Shown one piece after another: positions 1 through 29,300 of a DNA stretch of 39,770 nt. The DNA lies in NCBI GenBank assembly GCA_032718475.1, contig JAUCBJ010003171.1, positions 1 through 39,770 of the forward strand, given 5' to 3'. How positions within the stretch are numbered: position 1 is the first letter of the stretch; each line of letters starts with the position of its first letter. Source of the DNA: Nemertoderma westbladi. Lineage: Eukaryota; Animalia; Xenacoelomorpha. The notes under the pieces were generated by a model. That model made no database searches. It had not been told where the DNA came from and saw only the letters and a program-made list of their open reading frames with translations. The translations under genes were made by a program, and so were the position numbers.

Positions 1-259
1 TGACTCTGCTGGGTGGTAGGGGGTGGTCGAGACTATAGCGCAGCTAGTGTAGCACGGCGCGCCCTCTTGCAGTGGAGGAAGTAGGACAAGAGATTGTAAG
101 TTTTGCGGGTGGTCAGTGAGGCTCTGATTGAAAAGTTTAAGATACTTGAAATAGTTTGTTATCTCAAAAAAAATTATAATTTAAAGGTGTAGGGATGTCT
201 GGGAGAAAGATAAACAAAATAATAGTGAGGTGCAACCTGGGGTTAGAATTTTGGGAGCA

Positions 260-1258
260 TTAATAATTCGGACACGGGAGTAAATTGTATTTTAACCGAC
301 GTTTAAAAGTTTCAAGATCTAGGAGTGTTACGGATAGATTCAGATAAAGCGTTCCAGAGAAGGGGGCCTTGCATCGATATTGATTGATGGCGAACATTGA
401 GACGCGTAGGAGGTAAGTGAAATAGACCAGAGGAGGCCAGACGAGTGCTATAAGAATGTACAGAAGAAGCTTTGGTAAATAGGTGAGATAATGGGTGAGA
501 GTCATTGCGGTGAATGGAGTACATTAGAGACAGAACCTGGTGGTGTTTATAGAGTAGCTCTAGAGGTAGAATACGCAGCTGTTTGTAATATAGGAAAAGA
601 AGAGGCCTGAAAATGACTGAAGGTAATACAGCGGACTATTTTATTTAATTTAGTTTTTAGAGGACGAGTAATGTAATTGTATGTACTACCCCAGACCATT
701 AGACCATAAAAAACGTATGGATAAATTAGAGACTGGAACAACATACGCAGAATGTGGAGCTGGAGTATATGACGTAGTTTGTAGAAGAGGCCACCGGTTC
801 TAGATATTTTTTTTAGAATGAACTGAACATGGTTACGAAAAGATAGATTAGAAACAATAAGAATTCCTAAGTATTTAGTGGCATTGACCTGTCTGATAGG
901 CTTATTATTTATCATAGATTAGTATTAGGAAAGCAAGGGAGGCAGCTGTTAGCCAGTCATAGAGATGAGCAGCTTCGGAGTTCATAGAGTTGATTAAAGG
1001 AAGAAGAAGCTGCCCATGGCGCATAAGGGTTGAGTCGTCAGCAAACAGGGTAACCAAGGAAGAAGTGCAATTGGGAAGATCGTTTATATAAATAAGAATA
1101 GGATCAGCCCGAGGACCGATCCTTGGAGAATTCCACAAGTAATAGACCTGAGGGACGAGAGAGAATTATCTATAGAAACTTGCTGCTGCCGGTTGCTTAG
1201 ATAGTCAGAGAAGAGAGTGAGTGGTGTCCCACGAATGCCATTTAACCATGCCATATAA
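260..1258 (-). mobile_element. 5'-truncated, frameshifted non-LTR retrotransposon (L2/CR1-group LINE) ORF2 reverse transcriptase C-terminal relic
   Basis: Consecutive minus-strand ORF pieces give RT motifs: DYLSNRQQQV, GILQGSVLG (PQG motif), YINDLP, LFADDSTL (YADD-type), KYLGILI-SNLSF, YGLMVWG, GPLLWNAL. They are split by frameshifts and stops. Confidence 0.9.
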
Positions 1259-2349
1259 CATATTTGTTTTAAGAATGGCGAATAGTCGTCCACGGGTAAA
1301 CCACGGTTTTTTAGTGACAACCTTTTTGGGAATGGGTATACGAGGGAGGTTAATTTTGCAAATAAACGTGAATTCGTCGTAGAAGCTGTCAAATTTGTTA
1401 CAGTCTGTAATATCAGAGGGGCAATATTGCCATGAATTATTGCGTAAGTTATTTTGAAAAGTACTTTATTGAAATTTTTGAAATCAAATTGCAACTAATT
1501 TAATTGATCGCCATGAAATATGGGATACTGTAAAGGTTATTTTTGTTTCTAACATTAAATGGGACCTACATTTAAAAACATGCGATTCATAAGCTTCATT
1601 GATTGTGTATCAATGCCTTTTAAATACTAAATAATGTTTATTAAAAACCCTTTAGAAAAATATAATATTACTAATTATCTTGTGTTTTAAATAAACTATT
1701 GTTTTATCCTGTGGAAATTTGTTTATTTTCTAGTAATAACATTCAACAGAAGGTGTTACTACAACAGCACCCGTTAACTACAAAACAAATCACCGGTAGT
1801 TGAATAAACAATAATAATATAACGCCGTGAGTGAATAGAATAATACACACAAATCAATGACAGTTACATAATCCTGAGAATCTAACTTTGGCCTCATTTA
1901 AATCACTAAATACTCAATCAATAATGAATCACAATTACAATACTTAAGTTAAATAACATAATGTTGGAATAAACCTGATTTAATACAGCCGTAATGTAAC
2001 GACGATTGGATTTGGGTTAACTCGACAAATAATTACATAGTAAAGTAATTAATTAATTAGTAATTAGTATCAATTTGTCATTAAATATGATATAACTAAT
2101 AAACTCTCCACTACTGTTGGGTTTCCTACGGCGTTTATAACAATATTTATTATAAATTAAATAGCACTTTACAAAGAAACATCCTAGGCTGCACTGCATT
2201 GTCCACGGTATAGTACTAACTACACCGTTCTAGAACAATAAGCTCGAGCAAAGCACAAACAAGTCGAAAAGGTCAAAATCAGTACAAGTGGCCAAATTAA
2301 ATTATGTCGGAATTTTAGACAAATATCGCCTATATTTCAGGAATGAATG

Positions 2350-3031
2350 TGTCAGTGTCCAAAGAAAGGGCCATTTTCGAATTTCTGTTTATTGTAGAAT
2401 TGTATTTCCCTGTAAAAGGCGGTCATTTTGATACCAAATTGGGATCTTTTTCAGCATTTTTGACCAAGTTATGACGAAATTTGTGTTGAAGGATCCACGA
2501 TATATGCGAACTAACAAAGTGGAGTAAATCGATGTTTCAAAGTTCAGTAAATTGAAGCTGGTATGCATGCCAACCCCAGTGAATTTCAAATTCAAATTGT
2601 ATCGGTTTAATTTTCATTCAAAGATCTCTATTTTGGCATGTTCTAGGTTTTTTGGGAGGCGAATTCAACTGAACTAAATATAATTCTACAAGGAAAACTA
2701 AATTACTACTTTTCACAGGGTGGAAAAATTTGGTGCCCTCACCAAAATTTCAAATTTAGCACCCAACGAAAAATAATATAGCCGTCAATTCAGTCACCTC
2801 ATAAATATTGTCATTGCATTCGGCACCCCACAAAACCTATGTAGATTGTGAATCAGAGCTTATAAGCGATTATTTCGGATTTCTGAAAATATACATTTTT
2901 GTGTTGTAACAATTTTTGAGTCTCCCTTACTTTACGCTACATAGCGTCAAAACGAATACAGACATTACGAAGCCGCTGGTATATTAGAAATGGCGTTTTA
3001 AACTTAAGGGCCCTTTATTTGGACACTGACA
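2350..3031. mobile_element. Non-autonomous TIR element (MITE), about 680 bp
   Basis: Left TGTCAGTGTCCAAAGAAAGGGCC matches the reverse complement of right GGCCCTTTATTTGGACACTGACA with 1 mismatch. TA flanks the right end and TG the left. No coding capacity. Confidence 0.75.
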
Positions 3032-4208
3032 TAAATAGTGATCTTACAGTCTGTACAATTAAATAAAACAAATGTTTGTAACTTACAAAAATACAAATAT
3101 AAGGTGAAAATCGAAGCCAACAAAAACTTTCCTAACAATAGCAGGACCCTGAGCTAATACTAGTAGGGCTACATGGGCTGCTATTAGTCGTTGGAACTCC
3201 TATTGTTTCAGCTTACAGTGTTATTACAATAGAGATTTAGGACACTTTCACTGATTTTGACCGAGTTAAGTTTTCTTATTGTGTTTATTGCTTAAATTAA
3301 TAGCATAAATAATATGAACGAAAGACCATGAATTATTCACGTTAATTCTACTTTACAGCGTGCTGATCGGATTGTGGTTAGGTACACGAACGATCGTAGT
3401 GAGTAGGAATAAGTCCACGAGGATCACAACACTGTAAAGTACTTTGCAACAATTATTATGTGTACACGAAACGGTTATCGAATAAAAACGGCTTACTTAA
3501 AAAAAGAAAGTGTAATATTGCTGAGTATGAATTCACAAAGTTTATACACGTCAACGGAGAAATCGTTTGCACTAATATTAGATAATTTATCCAATCCTGT
3601 GGGAGTTATAGTAGATGTATCGCTTGCAGTTTGCCTGCAGGTGCGATTTTTGAACGTCAATTACACAAAATGCTTATCGACCTTTAATATTTAAGTTACT
3701 TGATGTTGATGTCATAATGTTAAGTTTCAAAATCACTCAACACTTACACTATAAAATCCAATGCGTGGATCGGTTGAATACGTTAAAATCAACCACAACA
3801 GCCTTCATTTATTTTATCGTGAAATTTCAGTAAGACGGAATTTAAGAATTGCAGAGTTGGACTAAAAAACAGAATGAAATAGTAACATAAACCGATTTAT
3901 CGGTTCAGCCCAGGTTATCGTGATGTTCGTAAGTCCGACATAAAACGCCGAAAAAATAAATACATTCATCACTGAGGAAGTATTCCACAATAACTGGTAT
4001 TATTACGATAAACAAATGTCAGGATTAAGGAGTCGTTGGTTCCTGTCAAAGAGTAGCATTTAGCACACAGGACCTTCTACGTTATAAAATGTCACCTCCA
4101 ACACCAAAAATAAAGTTGGGCGACAAAATGTAACAATATAAAGTGGAATTGAGATGAGTCCTCAGTAACTCGTCAACCTCTGTACATCCGAGCGAACTCA
4201 GTAACTCG

Positions 4209-20653
<16,445 letters not shown>

Positions 20654-22071
20654 TGTTGTTGCGGGTGTCTTAAATCGAAATAGTAAGTCTGAGATCAATC
20701 ACAATTCACAACACAAGCCTAAATGAAACAATAAAATGCACTTTATTCGTATGCGAAAATTGAAATGAGCTGGTTCCACTTCGACCCAGGCCAGGATCGA
20801 ACTCGGCATCTCCCAGCTTCGGGAAGAATTGCTGTCGGATCCCACTCATTGCCTCATTCAACAAGCCAATCACACGAACTGCAATATAGCTACCGGCATT
20901 TACACTACAGCACTTCTTGGAATTGAATTCCAATTATCTTACACTTAGACCAATTCTGCAATTCGTTTCCTATTTTAAGGTGAGTTCGGATGTGATATAA
21001 TAATCTTAGAACATCAGTAGTAAGGTACCGCGGTACCGGTAAGTTCTTACCTTATTAACCTGATCTTTAATTCGAATAGTACCGACGTTTATCAAATATG
21101 CGTATATAAATAGCAAGAGTATTAAATGTTCCGTAAATTGTAAGTTAAGCTAATGCAGTAATGTGAAGTTAAAAATACCTCGAGTCGCGACGTGATACCA
21201 TTCACCAGAAGCTGAGAAGACACCATATACAGATATAAGTATATACGGTAACAGTACAGCAGTATACAGTATACCTAACCAGATTGTATATTGTTTTGCC
21301 TAACAGCTACTACCTGACTACAGCAGTCCGGCAGTATAGTCAGATTGTATATTTTTCAGTATTTGCGTTACACTACGACTCTACACCGCTACACTGCTAC
21401 AGCCCTACTCAGTTTCAGTTAGGTAGACCTTGTCCAGTTCAGAAGCCACTTCCGCTAAATTACGGTTCATCACACAAAACCACGCCAAACACACAGCTAC
21501 TAGACACACACAAACGCACAGCCCGTGACTCCTCACAGCCTCATTGTGCCCATGTTTCCATTCTTGCCGATTAGTGGAATAGATACTTCGCCATTACTTA
21601 CCAACATAGACTCGAGTTCGATCCCGGTCGTATCTGTTGATTTTTTGCATTATATTTAATAGGCCTAGGCCTATTCATTTTATTATTTAGTACAGGTCAG
21701 CAGGTGATCACTTACTGACTTACAATCATCATTAAGTTAGAAACAATAGTTTTATACAGAGATGAAGAAAGGGTTACATTTAATACCACAAGAAACGACC
21801 AAGACTGCCCTATTTTTTTATTTATTTTTTTATTTTTATTTTTTATTTATTATTACGGCAAACTCATAACCTAGCAGCCTAGGCATGTAGGCAATCGTAG
21901 ATCAGTAGATTCTGTCAAACTTAGAACCGGGTGAATTCATCGCACTTTTAATTCGACAGTCTGACAGTTCGAAATCGTGCAAAATTACAGCGTACTTTTT
22001 ACAAATCTGAAGCTGAACACAAGGCTGCAAGGCTGAAGGCCAGTAAGAAGTTGCTATTTCTCATATCAAAC

Positions 22072-22669
22072 TAGGGCTGGCAAAGTAGGTTTTTTAGCAC
22101 CTAGGTTTTTTTAGGTTTTTTTAAATCACCTAATTTTAAAAATTTCATCAAAAATAGGTTTTTTCGTTTTTTAGGTTAAATTTACTTTAAAATAGGGCTA
22201 CTTTCAGACTTTGCCTTTTAGGACAACTTTGCCCGATATTTTCTTGATCAACATAAACACTGGTTGTCAGCAATTAATTAATTAATTAATTATTAATTTT
22301 TGTACTAACTGTATTACCGGTAGGGGCCTACTGTCAGACTGTATAGAGCATTAATACTGTAATAGAAGAGATTCTAACAGTATACATTTTATAGCTGATA
22401 GCTGTAGGACTACAGGACTAGTGCTAATGCTAGTTCAGTAGTTATACACATGCATCCTCTATAATCAAATACGTTCAAATCATATTAATTACAGAATTAT
22501 GTGATATCTATCAGTCTATCTATATACCTGTATACAGATAAAACTGTATAATAAAAAAGCTTAAAAACCTAAAAAACCTTTAGGTTTTTTTAAAAAACCT
22601 AAGCAAAAAACCTAAACCTATTTTTTTTTCTTTAATTAAAAAAACCTAGGTGTTTAGAAAACACCTACT
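22072..22669. mobile_element. hAT-like MITE with damaged right terminus
   Basis: Starts TAGGGCTGGCAAAGTAGG. Clusters of TAGGTTTTTT on the left and AAAAAACCTA on the right. The right end matches to ...CACCTACT, then diverges. Confidence 0.6.
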
Positions 22670-24106
22670 GACAGACTGAACAAAACTACTAAACAAATAC
22701 CTAATGTATCAAACTACTGAACTCATGAACTAGTGACTAGCTAATAACTATTTAGGTAGGCCTAGTCTGCTAGTAGTCTGGCAGTCTGGTGCTAGTCTGG
22801 TACCAGTCTGCCAGTCAGCCAGTATAATCCATAATCCAGTAATCCTGTAATCAGATAATTGCAGTACCGGTAGCAGTAAACTTCAACTGCACTGCTAGAC
22901 TGCAGTTGTGTTGAACCGGCCAACATGAATATTTGAAAATGGAAACATGGCAGCATGGGCACAATGAGGAACGTGCTGTGCTTAACGTCTGCTTTCTGCA
23001 GTTCTGGTAAGAAGTTTATTCAGCTACTTCATTACTTAACATAACAGAGTTATGCTACCGCAGTACCGCAGTACCGGTAGGCGGTACCTACACCTAAGAG
23101 CTACGTGCTGACGTGAGAGTAGTGACTCAATCCAAGGCCAGAATGCAGAGTAACTCACTCATGAAAAGCCATACACTCTGACGTCAGTTTAATAGCTCTA
23201 CTGTGATTGGCCAAGTTCTAATTTCTGAATGTAAACAAGTTCCCATTTTTACCGTATTGAGGCGCTGCGCTATGTAAATAAATTATTTTGCTTCATATTT
23301 TTATTCAAAAAATTGGTAATTCAAAATGCAACAAAAATTATTACAAAGAATTGGTACATTTCTTCCAGGAAAAGAAAATATGTAGTGAACTGTTTTAGAA
23401 TCATCCTATCGGGCGCATACCTCCCGTGTTTCCGAGTTACACACATACTCGCCTTACATCCGGAAATGTTGGTAGCTAAATGAGTAATGGAGTTTCCTCT
23501 GGTAGTCTGCGAAGAATATTTATTAAATATTAAATATTTCTGCTGGGACCGCACTGGGAATAAGTCGTCATACTTTGTGAGTAATCACTGGCCTAACGGC
23601 TGAAGAAAACCTTTTCTATTTATTACATAATTATATATTATAGCCGAATAATCAAACCCTGAAATTCTTCTCAGTATTTTTAATAATCACCTTTGTGAGC
23701 TGACATCACCTTCGCTCAAAAACCAAAGTCTTACTTTTTTTAAGTTCCAATTTAAGTGAACTTCAGTAATTTCAGCCGTTATTAAAAAGGGACTAATGCA
23801 AACAAAATCTCATAGTTTAGCGTCGCGGCAGGGGGGAAGGTGTAGAGAAATCATACTGTTTGGATTTGTAGGGTATTGTATGCAGGTTCAGTATATATTG
23901 GAACTAAATTCGTTTCCATTTGGAGCTAAGCTCGCATTTATATAATGTTACGGTATTTGAAAGATAATCACGCTAAACATATCTTGTGGAGTGGTTGGAA
24001 CTGAACATGTCTTATGATTTGCTACTCAACGTTCCCCATACCACAAAAATACAATTACAGTACTGTATATGGTAAGCGTAGGCCTACACAGAGCCGTATC
24101 GTAAAA

Positions 24107-25060
24107 GTAGGGGAGAGCAGGGAGGGTTGAACCATAAGGAGGGGTGAATCAGTGCAATTTAAAGGAGAACGCTTGGGTTTGGTGTTTCCATAGATACACC
24201 ATTAGAGAGACAATTAAAAACTGCACCTACTGTTGTATGTAGTCCAACTCTAGCCTACATGCTGTTTTGCTATGAAGGAATAAAGTATACTTTTGCCACC
24301 TGTTTTCTAGAACTGATACCTCTGTTTTGGATCCCTCCTATTAAATTGTTTTGACATTTTACCAATAAATGTGATACTTTTCTGGTAGAGAAATTATTCT
24401 GCTTCAAAATTAGGTATGGATGATTACGTCACGTCACTGGTCTGCACGTTTCATACACAACGCATTTTCCAAAAAGTAGAGTAGTGTGGGAGGCTTGAAT
24501 CAATGGAGGGGTAGGAGGGTTGAACCACTTCGGAAGGGTGGGTATGAGGGTTGAACCACTTTCCTATTAGTTGTTCTGGCTATTTATCTACAAGTATGGA
24601 TGGTATTTTGTATGACTAATTGACTACGGTTGTTTCAGTGTTACTTTCTTGTTAACCTGTTGTGACAGGTTACGGAAGAGACAGAGTCGGAAGATGTTCA
24701 TACTTTAGTGAGTCCGAACCAGAGACACAGGCTACATATAGTCACCCGAGTGGGGAGAATAACAAATGCATCTGATTACCTATAATTGAACTAATTAGAC
24801 AATAATTAACCCAATGTAAAATTGGCTTATACTTAATTAATCATCTTCTAAAATGCAATGTGCAATGATATATTTCACTAGTATTAATGTAAAATAAAAA
24901 ACGACAGTTTTTAATGGAGTTAGAAAGTTTATTTGACAAAAGTGAAATGCCACTGGCAGACAAACACTGAAAAAAACACAGACAAACTGACAGAGAGTAT
25001 AATTTTATTGACATATTTTCATTTGATATCATTACTTCTATGGGTGGTTCAACCCTCCGG
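24107..25060. mobile_element. Degraded TIR element with repeated GAGGGTTGAACCA subterminal motif
   Basis: The motif occurs at about 24123, 24516 and 24547 and inverted (TGGTTCAACCCTCC) at about 25045. Starts GTAGGGGAGAG. Termini are uncertain. Confidence 0.45.
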
Positions 25061-26095
25061 TGGGTTACAAGTTAAACAAACCTGAGAGAAATTATTGCAG
25101 AAGTAACAATCGATGAGAGTGAACTAAATTCAACTTCCAAATACAAGACCGCTGTACAAGTATTTTAGCAGCATTTTACAGTAGGCCGACCTACACCACA
25201 ATGTATCGTACTCTTTTTATACTCACAACGGCCATCACTCAAACTCTTGTGTAACCTTTGAACATATTTTTGATGAATAAAATGCATTTTAAGTGTTTGT
25301 TCATTAAGAGTTTTTGATAATGCAAATCTTCTCTTTAGTAAAAAAAATAAAAGATGGGCCTACTTCCATCCTAAAGGAACACAAAAGCACAAAACTAAAT
25401 TCTTCGTATTTTAGGTTAAAGTACGCGACTGTTGGACTCCGTTGACAAACCCGCTGGTCACGCTGTTATCACGTACAATGTCTTAAATCGCAAAATGTTT
25501 GTTGAGTAAACATTTACTTTCTGAGAAAAAAACCCACGGAGGGTCGAAAGGGGTCCAGAGGTTGCAAGTCCGAACAAAATCGCGTGATTCTCGAATCTAC
25601 TATCCTGGAATTCTTGGGATTATGTTTGAGTGATAATGCTGAGTAAATCGCGTGATATCCAGGTTTGTTGTGTTGCACTAGTTCAAACCAACCTACCCTA
25701 TAATCCCCCAAACTGTAGACCTATCTTCAACATCAAATATCATACATAGGCTACTTACTTATTACGTTTGTGTCAATTAGACCAGATCGCAGAAATATTA
25801 TTCCTGTGAAGTGCCGCAAAAAATATAAATACAAAAATTAATCGCCATGTCGTGTAACATTTTGTTCTTGGAATGTAGTTAAATAAATTGCCAGGGGACG
25901 CTAAAACACAAATTGTATCATCATGCTTAAATATATTTCAAATTTTTGTAAGAAACATTACGTACGATGTCATATAAAACCATCAATAAGCCTATTAATT
26001 GGAATGGTAGTGGTTGTAATGCGAAGGTTGCGAAATGTCTTGCCCAATCTTTATTATAATTTTCGTTAGGTACAGCTTAGCAAATTAGATAAAAA

Positions 26096-26168
26096 GGCGT
26101 TCAGGTGGGATCGAACTGGTGACCTCCGTGATGGAAGTCTGACGCTCTAACCATTCAGCTAGCGGCTC
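26096..26168 (-). repeat. tRNA-derived SINE-like head / pseudo-tRNA
   Basis: Minus strand GAGCCGCTAGCTGAATGGTTAGAGCGTCAGACTTCCATCACGGAGGTCACCAGTTCGATCCCACC followed by TTTTT. A and B boxes are present, but the acceptor and anticodon stems do not pair well. Confidence 0.65.
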
Positions 26169-26348
26169 AGGTAAAAGGGAGAACTGGAAATATTATCTGA
26201 TACCTTGTATGTCGGCAATTTACCTCATCATGGCCTCCCATCTGTCAATACCATCGTTAGAGATAGGATATGCAACTAAAGACTGCTTGTTCAGTAGAAG
26301 TGGAGTAAATAGAAAGGTGAATGTCAGGGGAGAGTGGCTGAACTGGTT

Positions 26349-26394
26349 AGCGCTACTGAAGAGGTCTGATAGGCCTAAACGTATGTATAGCGCT
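26349..26394 (+). ncRNA. Type I hammerhead ribozyme-like motif with a G-to-T change in the GAAA core (probably an inactive copy)
   Basis: AGCGCTA [stem I] CTGAAGA [core] GGTC-TGATA-GGCC [stem II] TAAAC (consensus GAAAC) GTAT GTA [minimal stem III and cleavage triplet] TAGCGCT [stem I']. Confidence 0.7.
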
Positions 26395-29300
26395 GGTTCA
26401 ACCCCCGGTGACGCGCTTCCTCGTTTTTTCCATTCCTGAACAACTTATTACAATATAATAAATACCATCATATGCTGCCACCTACTCCACTGCCACCTGC
26501 TCAACCCTACAGTACTGGGCCGTCTTTAACCACTCGCTACAATGAAAGGGTAGTGTATATTAACCATGAACCATCACGGCCACTATCATTATTTATACAC
26601 TCCAACTATGAATTTGGGGAGGACAGTTGAGTATATCGACCGAGTACGACCGGTATATCTTGTAATTATTATTTGCATTTTGGATGAATGAGTGGTTTCT
26701 CATATAATTACAATTTTCTGTGGGCACATCTTAGTAAATTAGGTAAAGACGTTCAAATGGGATCCAACACATTTAGCTACCATTAGGATGAACGGCAGAT
26801 ATTCGCCGTGGCTAGACCCATTAAAGCATTTGTGCCAAATCGAAAACTACGCTGACCTCTGTGGTGGGAATCGGTGCCATGACTTCCGCAGATGTGAATC
26901 CTCCGATGTAGAACGTAATGTACATATTGTGGGACTTTATACGGCGGGTGAGAATTGTTTTTATTTCGGGTCAGTTAAAACAAAATATATAAGTAAACAC
27001 ATTTTATAAGTTATTGATGCGAAACCATGGTGATTGTTTGAATATTGTTTAGAAATCCATCGTTACCCTGCCCTATCACAAACAGAGAAATGTTATTTAT
27101 ATATCATTAGTTACTTTTATATTGAACACAAATAATAGCAATAAATAGTCCACAGCATGTATGCCAATACTGTTAGGCCTACTTTGTAGTTTCAAGGTTA
27201 TCACGCTAATTAGTTAGGCTACTAAGGTATTTAAGTTGTTATCAATATTTAATTACTAATAAACCACTATTCAGTAAATATTACTCTCCTATACAAGAGA
27301 AACTAGTTTAGCACAATATTAATAACGCAATTAACTATAGGAACATCTGAAGGAGTGAGATTAAAATATGGCGTCTTTCTTATGAATGGCATGATGTATT
27401 TTTGAAAATAGCGATTAAAAAAACGCCTAGCAAAACAGCACAATAATAGTTTACGATAATTGAAAAAAAAATATACTGCAATATTTCAACACCAAATAAT
27501 AATTCTCGTATCATTATACAATAACCAGAACCACGGTAAATCACACTACTAGTTATTAATATAATTATTATACGAAGCAAAATCAATCAATAGGACAAAC
27601 ATTCAACTGGATTGGGATACATTACTATGACAATGAGAATTTGAAAGTGATTTTAACCGAAGATGGAATATGAAATGGGTTAAAACGTACTGAAAAAATG
27701 TAACCTGACTTATTTATATTGCATTTTTGTTTTTGAATCAAAGATATGTTAGATTATTCCACATGAGCATTCCTCTTGGAATGTCAACCATTCCCGTAAA
27801 TATTTCAACAAATCAGAAAGCGTGACCACGTTGTATCCCTAGCAACTACGACCTTTATTAGTGAACTGACTCCATAGGGTCTATTTAGGTAAGAGTTACT
27901 TGTGACATGAAATTATCTCGGTGTAACAATTCTAACTATAAGAGTTACAATCGGAGTCACATCCAATACCGTTGATTTCTGCAGTTCACTAACGCGTTAC
28001 TATAGCAACCCAGTAGATAAATGTGCAAGGTCTGGCCAATTTGGTGAAGGAATCGGCTGAGGACATCCAATATCTGGGCGTGGGGGCAAGAAAATTGGGC
28101 AAAAAAATATAGTGATAGCCATGGGAATGGGGAGGGCTAAACAATAATATGTGGGGATTGAGATATGAAGCCGACAAGGGATGGAGAGACGGGGATACCC
28201 CCCCCCCCCCCCCCCCCCCCCGGACTTGACTTTCTGATTTATTGAAACATCTAGCTAGGGAAGTATTTACAGGTGTATATGCCACATTAATTTCAACAAA
28301 AAACATCAATAAAACACAAATCCAGTACATTAATTAATTAATTAATTAATTAATTAATATGAATGAGATTTTAATTAGGCCCCAATTGTCGTAGTTTTTG
28401 CTGATATTCTATTTTCGACAGTTTGTTAGTGTCACTGTTGCATAGTCAAACTACGGTTCCCATGGTTTCGGGAAGACTTAGACATCCCCAAAAGAGCCAA
28501 AATTCCGCCTAAGTTACAATTCTACAGTAAAAAACATACTCGATATGGTGATAAGGAGCTACATAATAAAACCGAAAAAAGTAACTCCACTTAAAAAATA
28601 ACAAAAACTAAATGAAAACAATGAAAAAAATATACGAAAAATTGAATGAAAACTGTTTGCAATATGACGATCCTGTTTTAGCAGTAAGTAGATAATTAAA
28701 TATTTATAGAGTAGGCTAGGCCTAGATGTTACTAAAAATATGAATGAAACATAAGGAGCAACAGTAAATATGTTATTTAGCAGAGGCATATCTCCACCGA
28801 GTTCACTAAAAGTAACTAAATCAAAAGTTACTGGCACCAAGCCGTATAATGCACATGGTATTTTATAATAACAAAGCCAACAAAGACTAAATGATGTTTA
28901 TCGCTAATAACTACACTAATTAATAATGACGATGACATTATTTTACTACATGAAGAGAAAATAAAAATAACCAAAACATGTGCGGTATGTTATAATGGAG
29001 TGTCATGTACAGATAAATATCCCAAAAAAACTAATTGTATAGCACAAATAATTTCAAAAACTCCTAAATTTCGCAGAAATTGAATACAAATTTAATTACA
29101 TTTTTAGAACCGCACGACGCACGGGTTGTACCTGCACGGTTGAGTTTAACTAAATTTTTACTGATATATATTTCGTACTTCATGGCGTAATATAGCCGTT
29201 ACAGAATTAAACTAAGTTTAATCATCTGTACTGCATGCCAACCTCACCCATCACTGTTAGATTGTAAGCTCGACATGTAAGCACTACTAACATGTAAGCT

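Noticed and set aside
22960-23115. Spliced-leader RNA or C/D snoRNA gene
   Set aside because: There is a donor but no Sm-binding site nearby. The C box (ATGAGGA) is imperfect and no terminal stem is evident.
26096-26168. Functional tRNA-Gly(TCC) gene
   Set aside because: The acceptor and anticodon stems do not pair, so it is treated as a tRNA-derived repeat.
28197-28221. Long C homopolymer (also about 36615-36637) as a functional G-quadruplex element
   Set aside because: These are simple homopolymers in repeat-derived DNA, their lengths are unreliable in assemblies, and nothing else supports a function.
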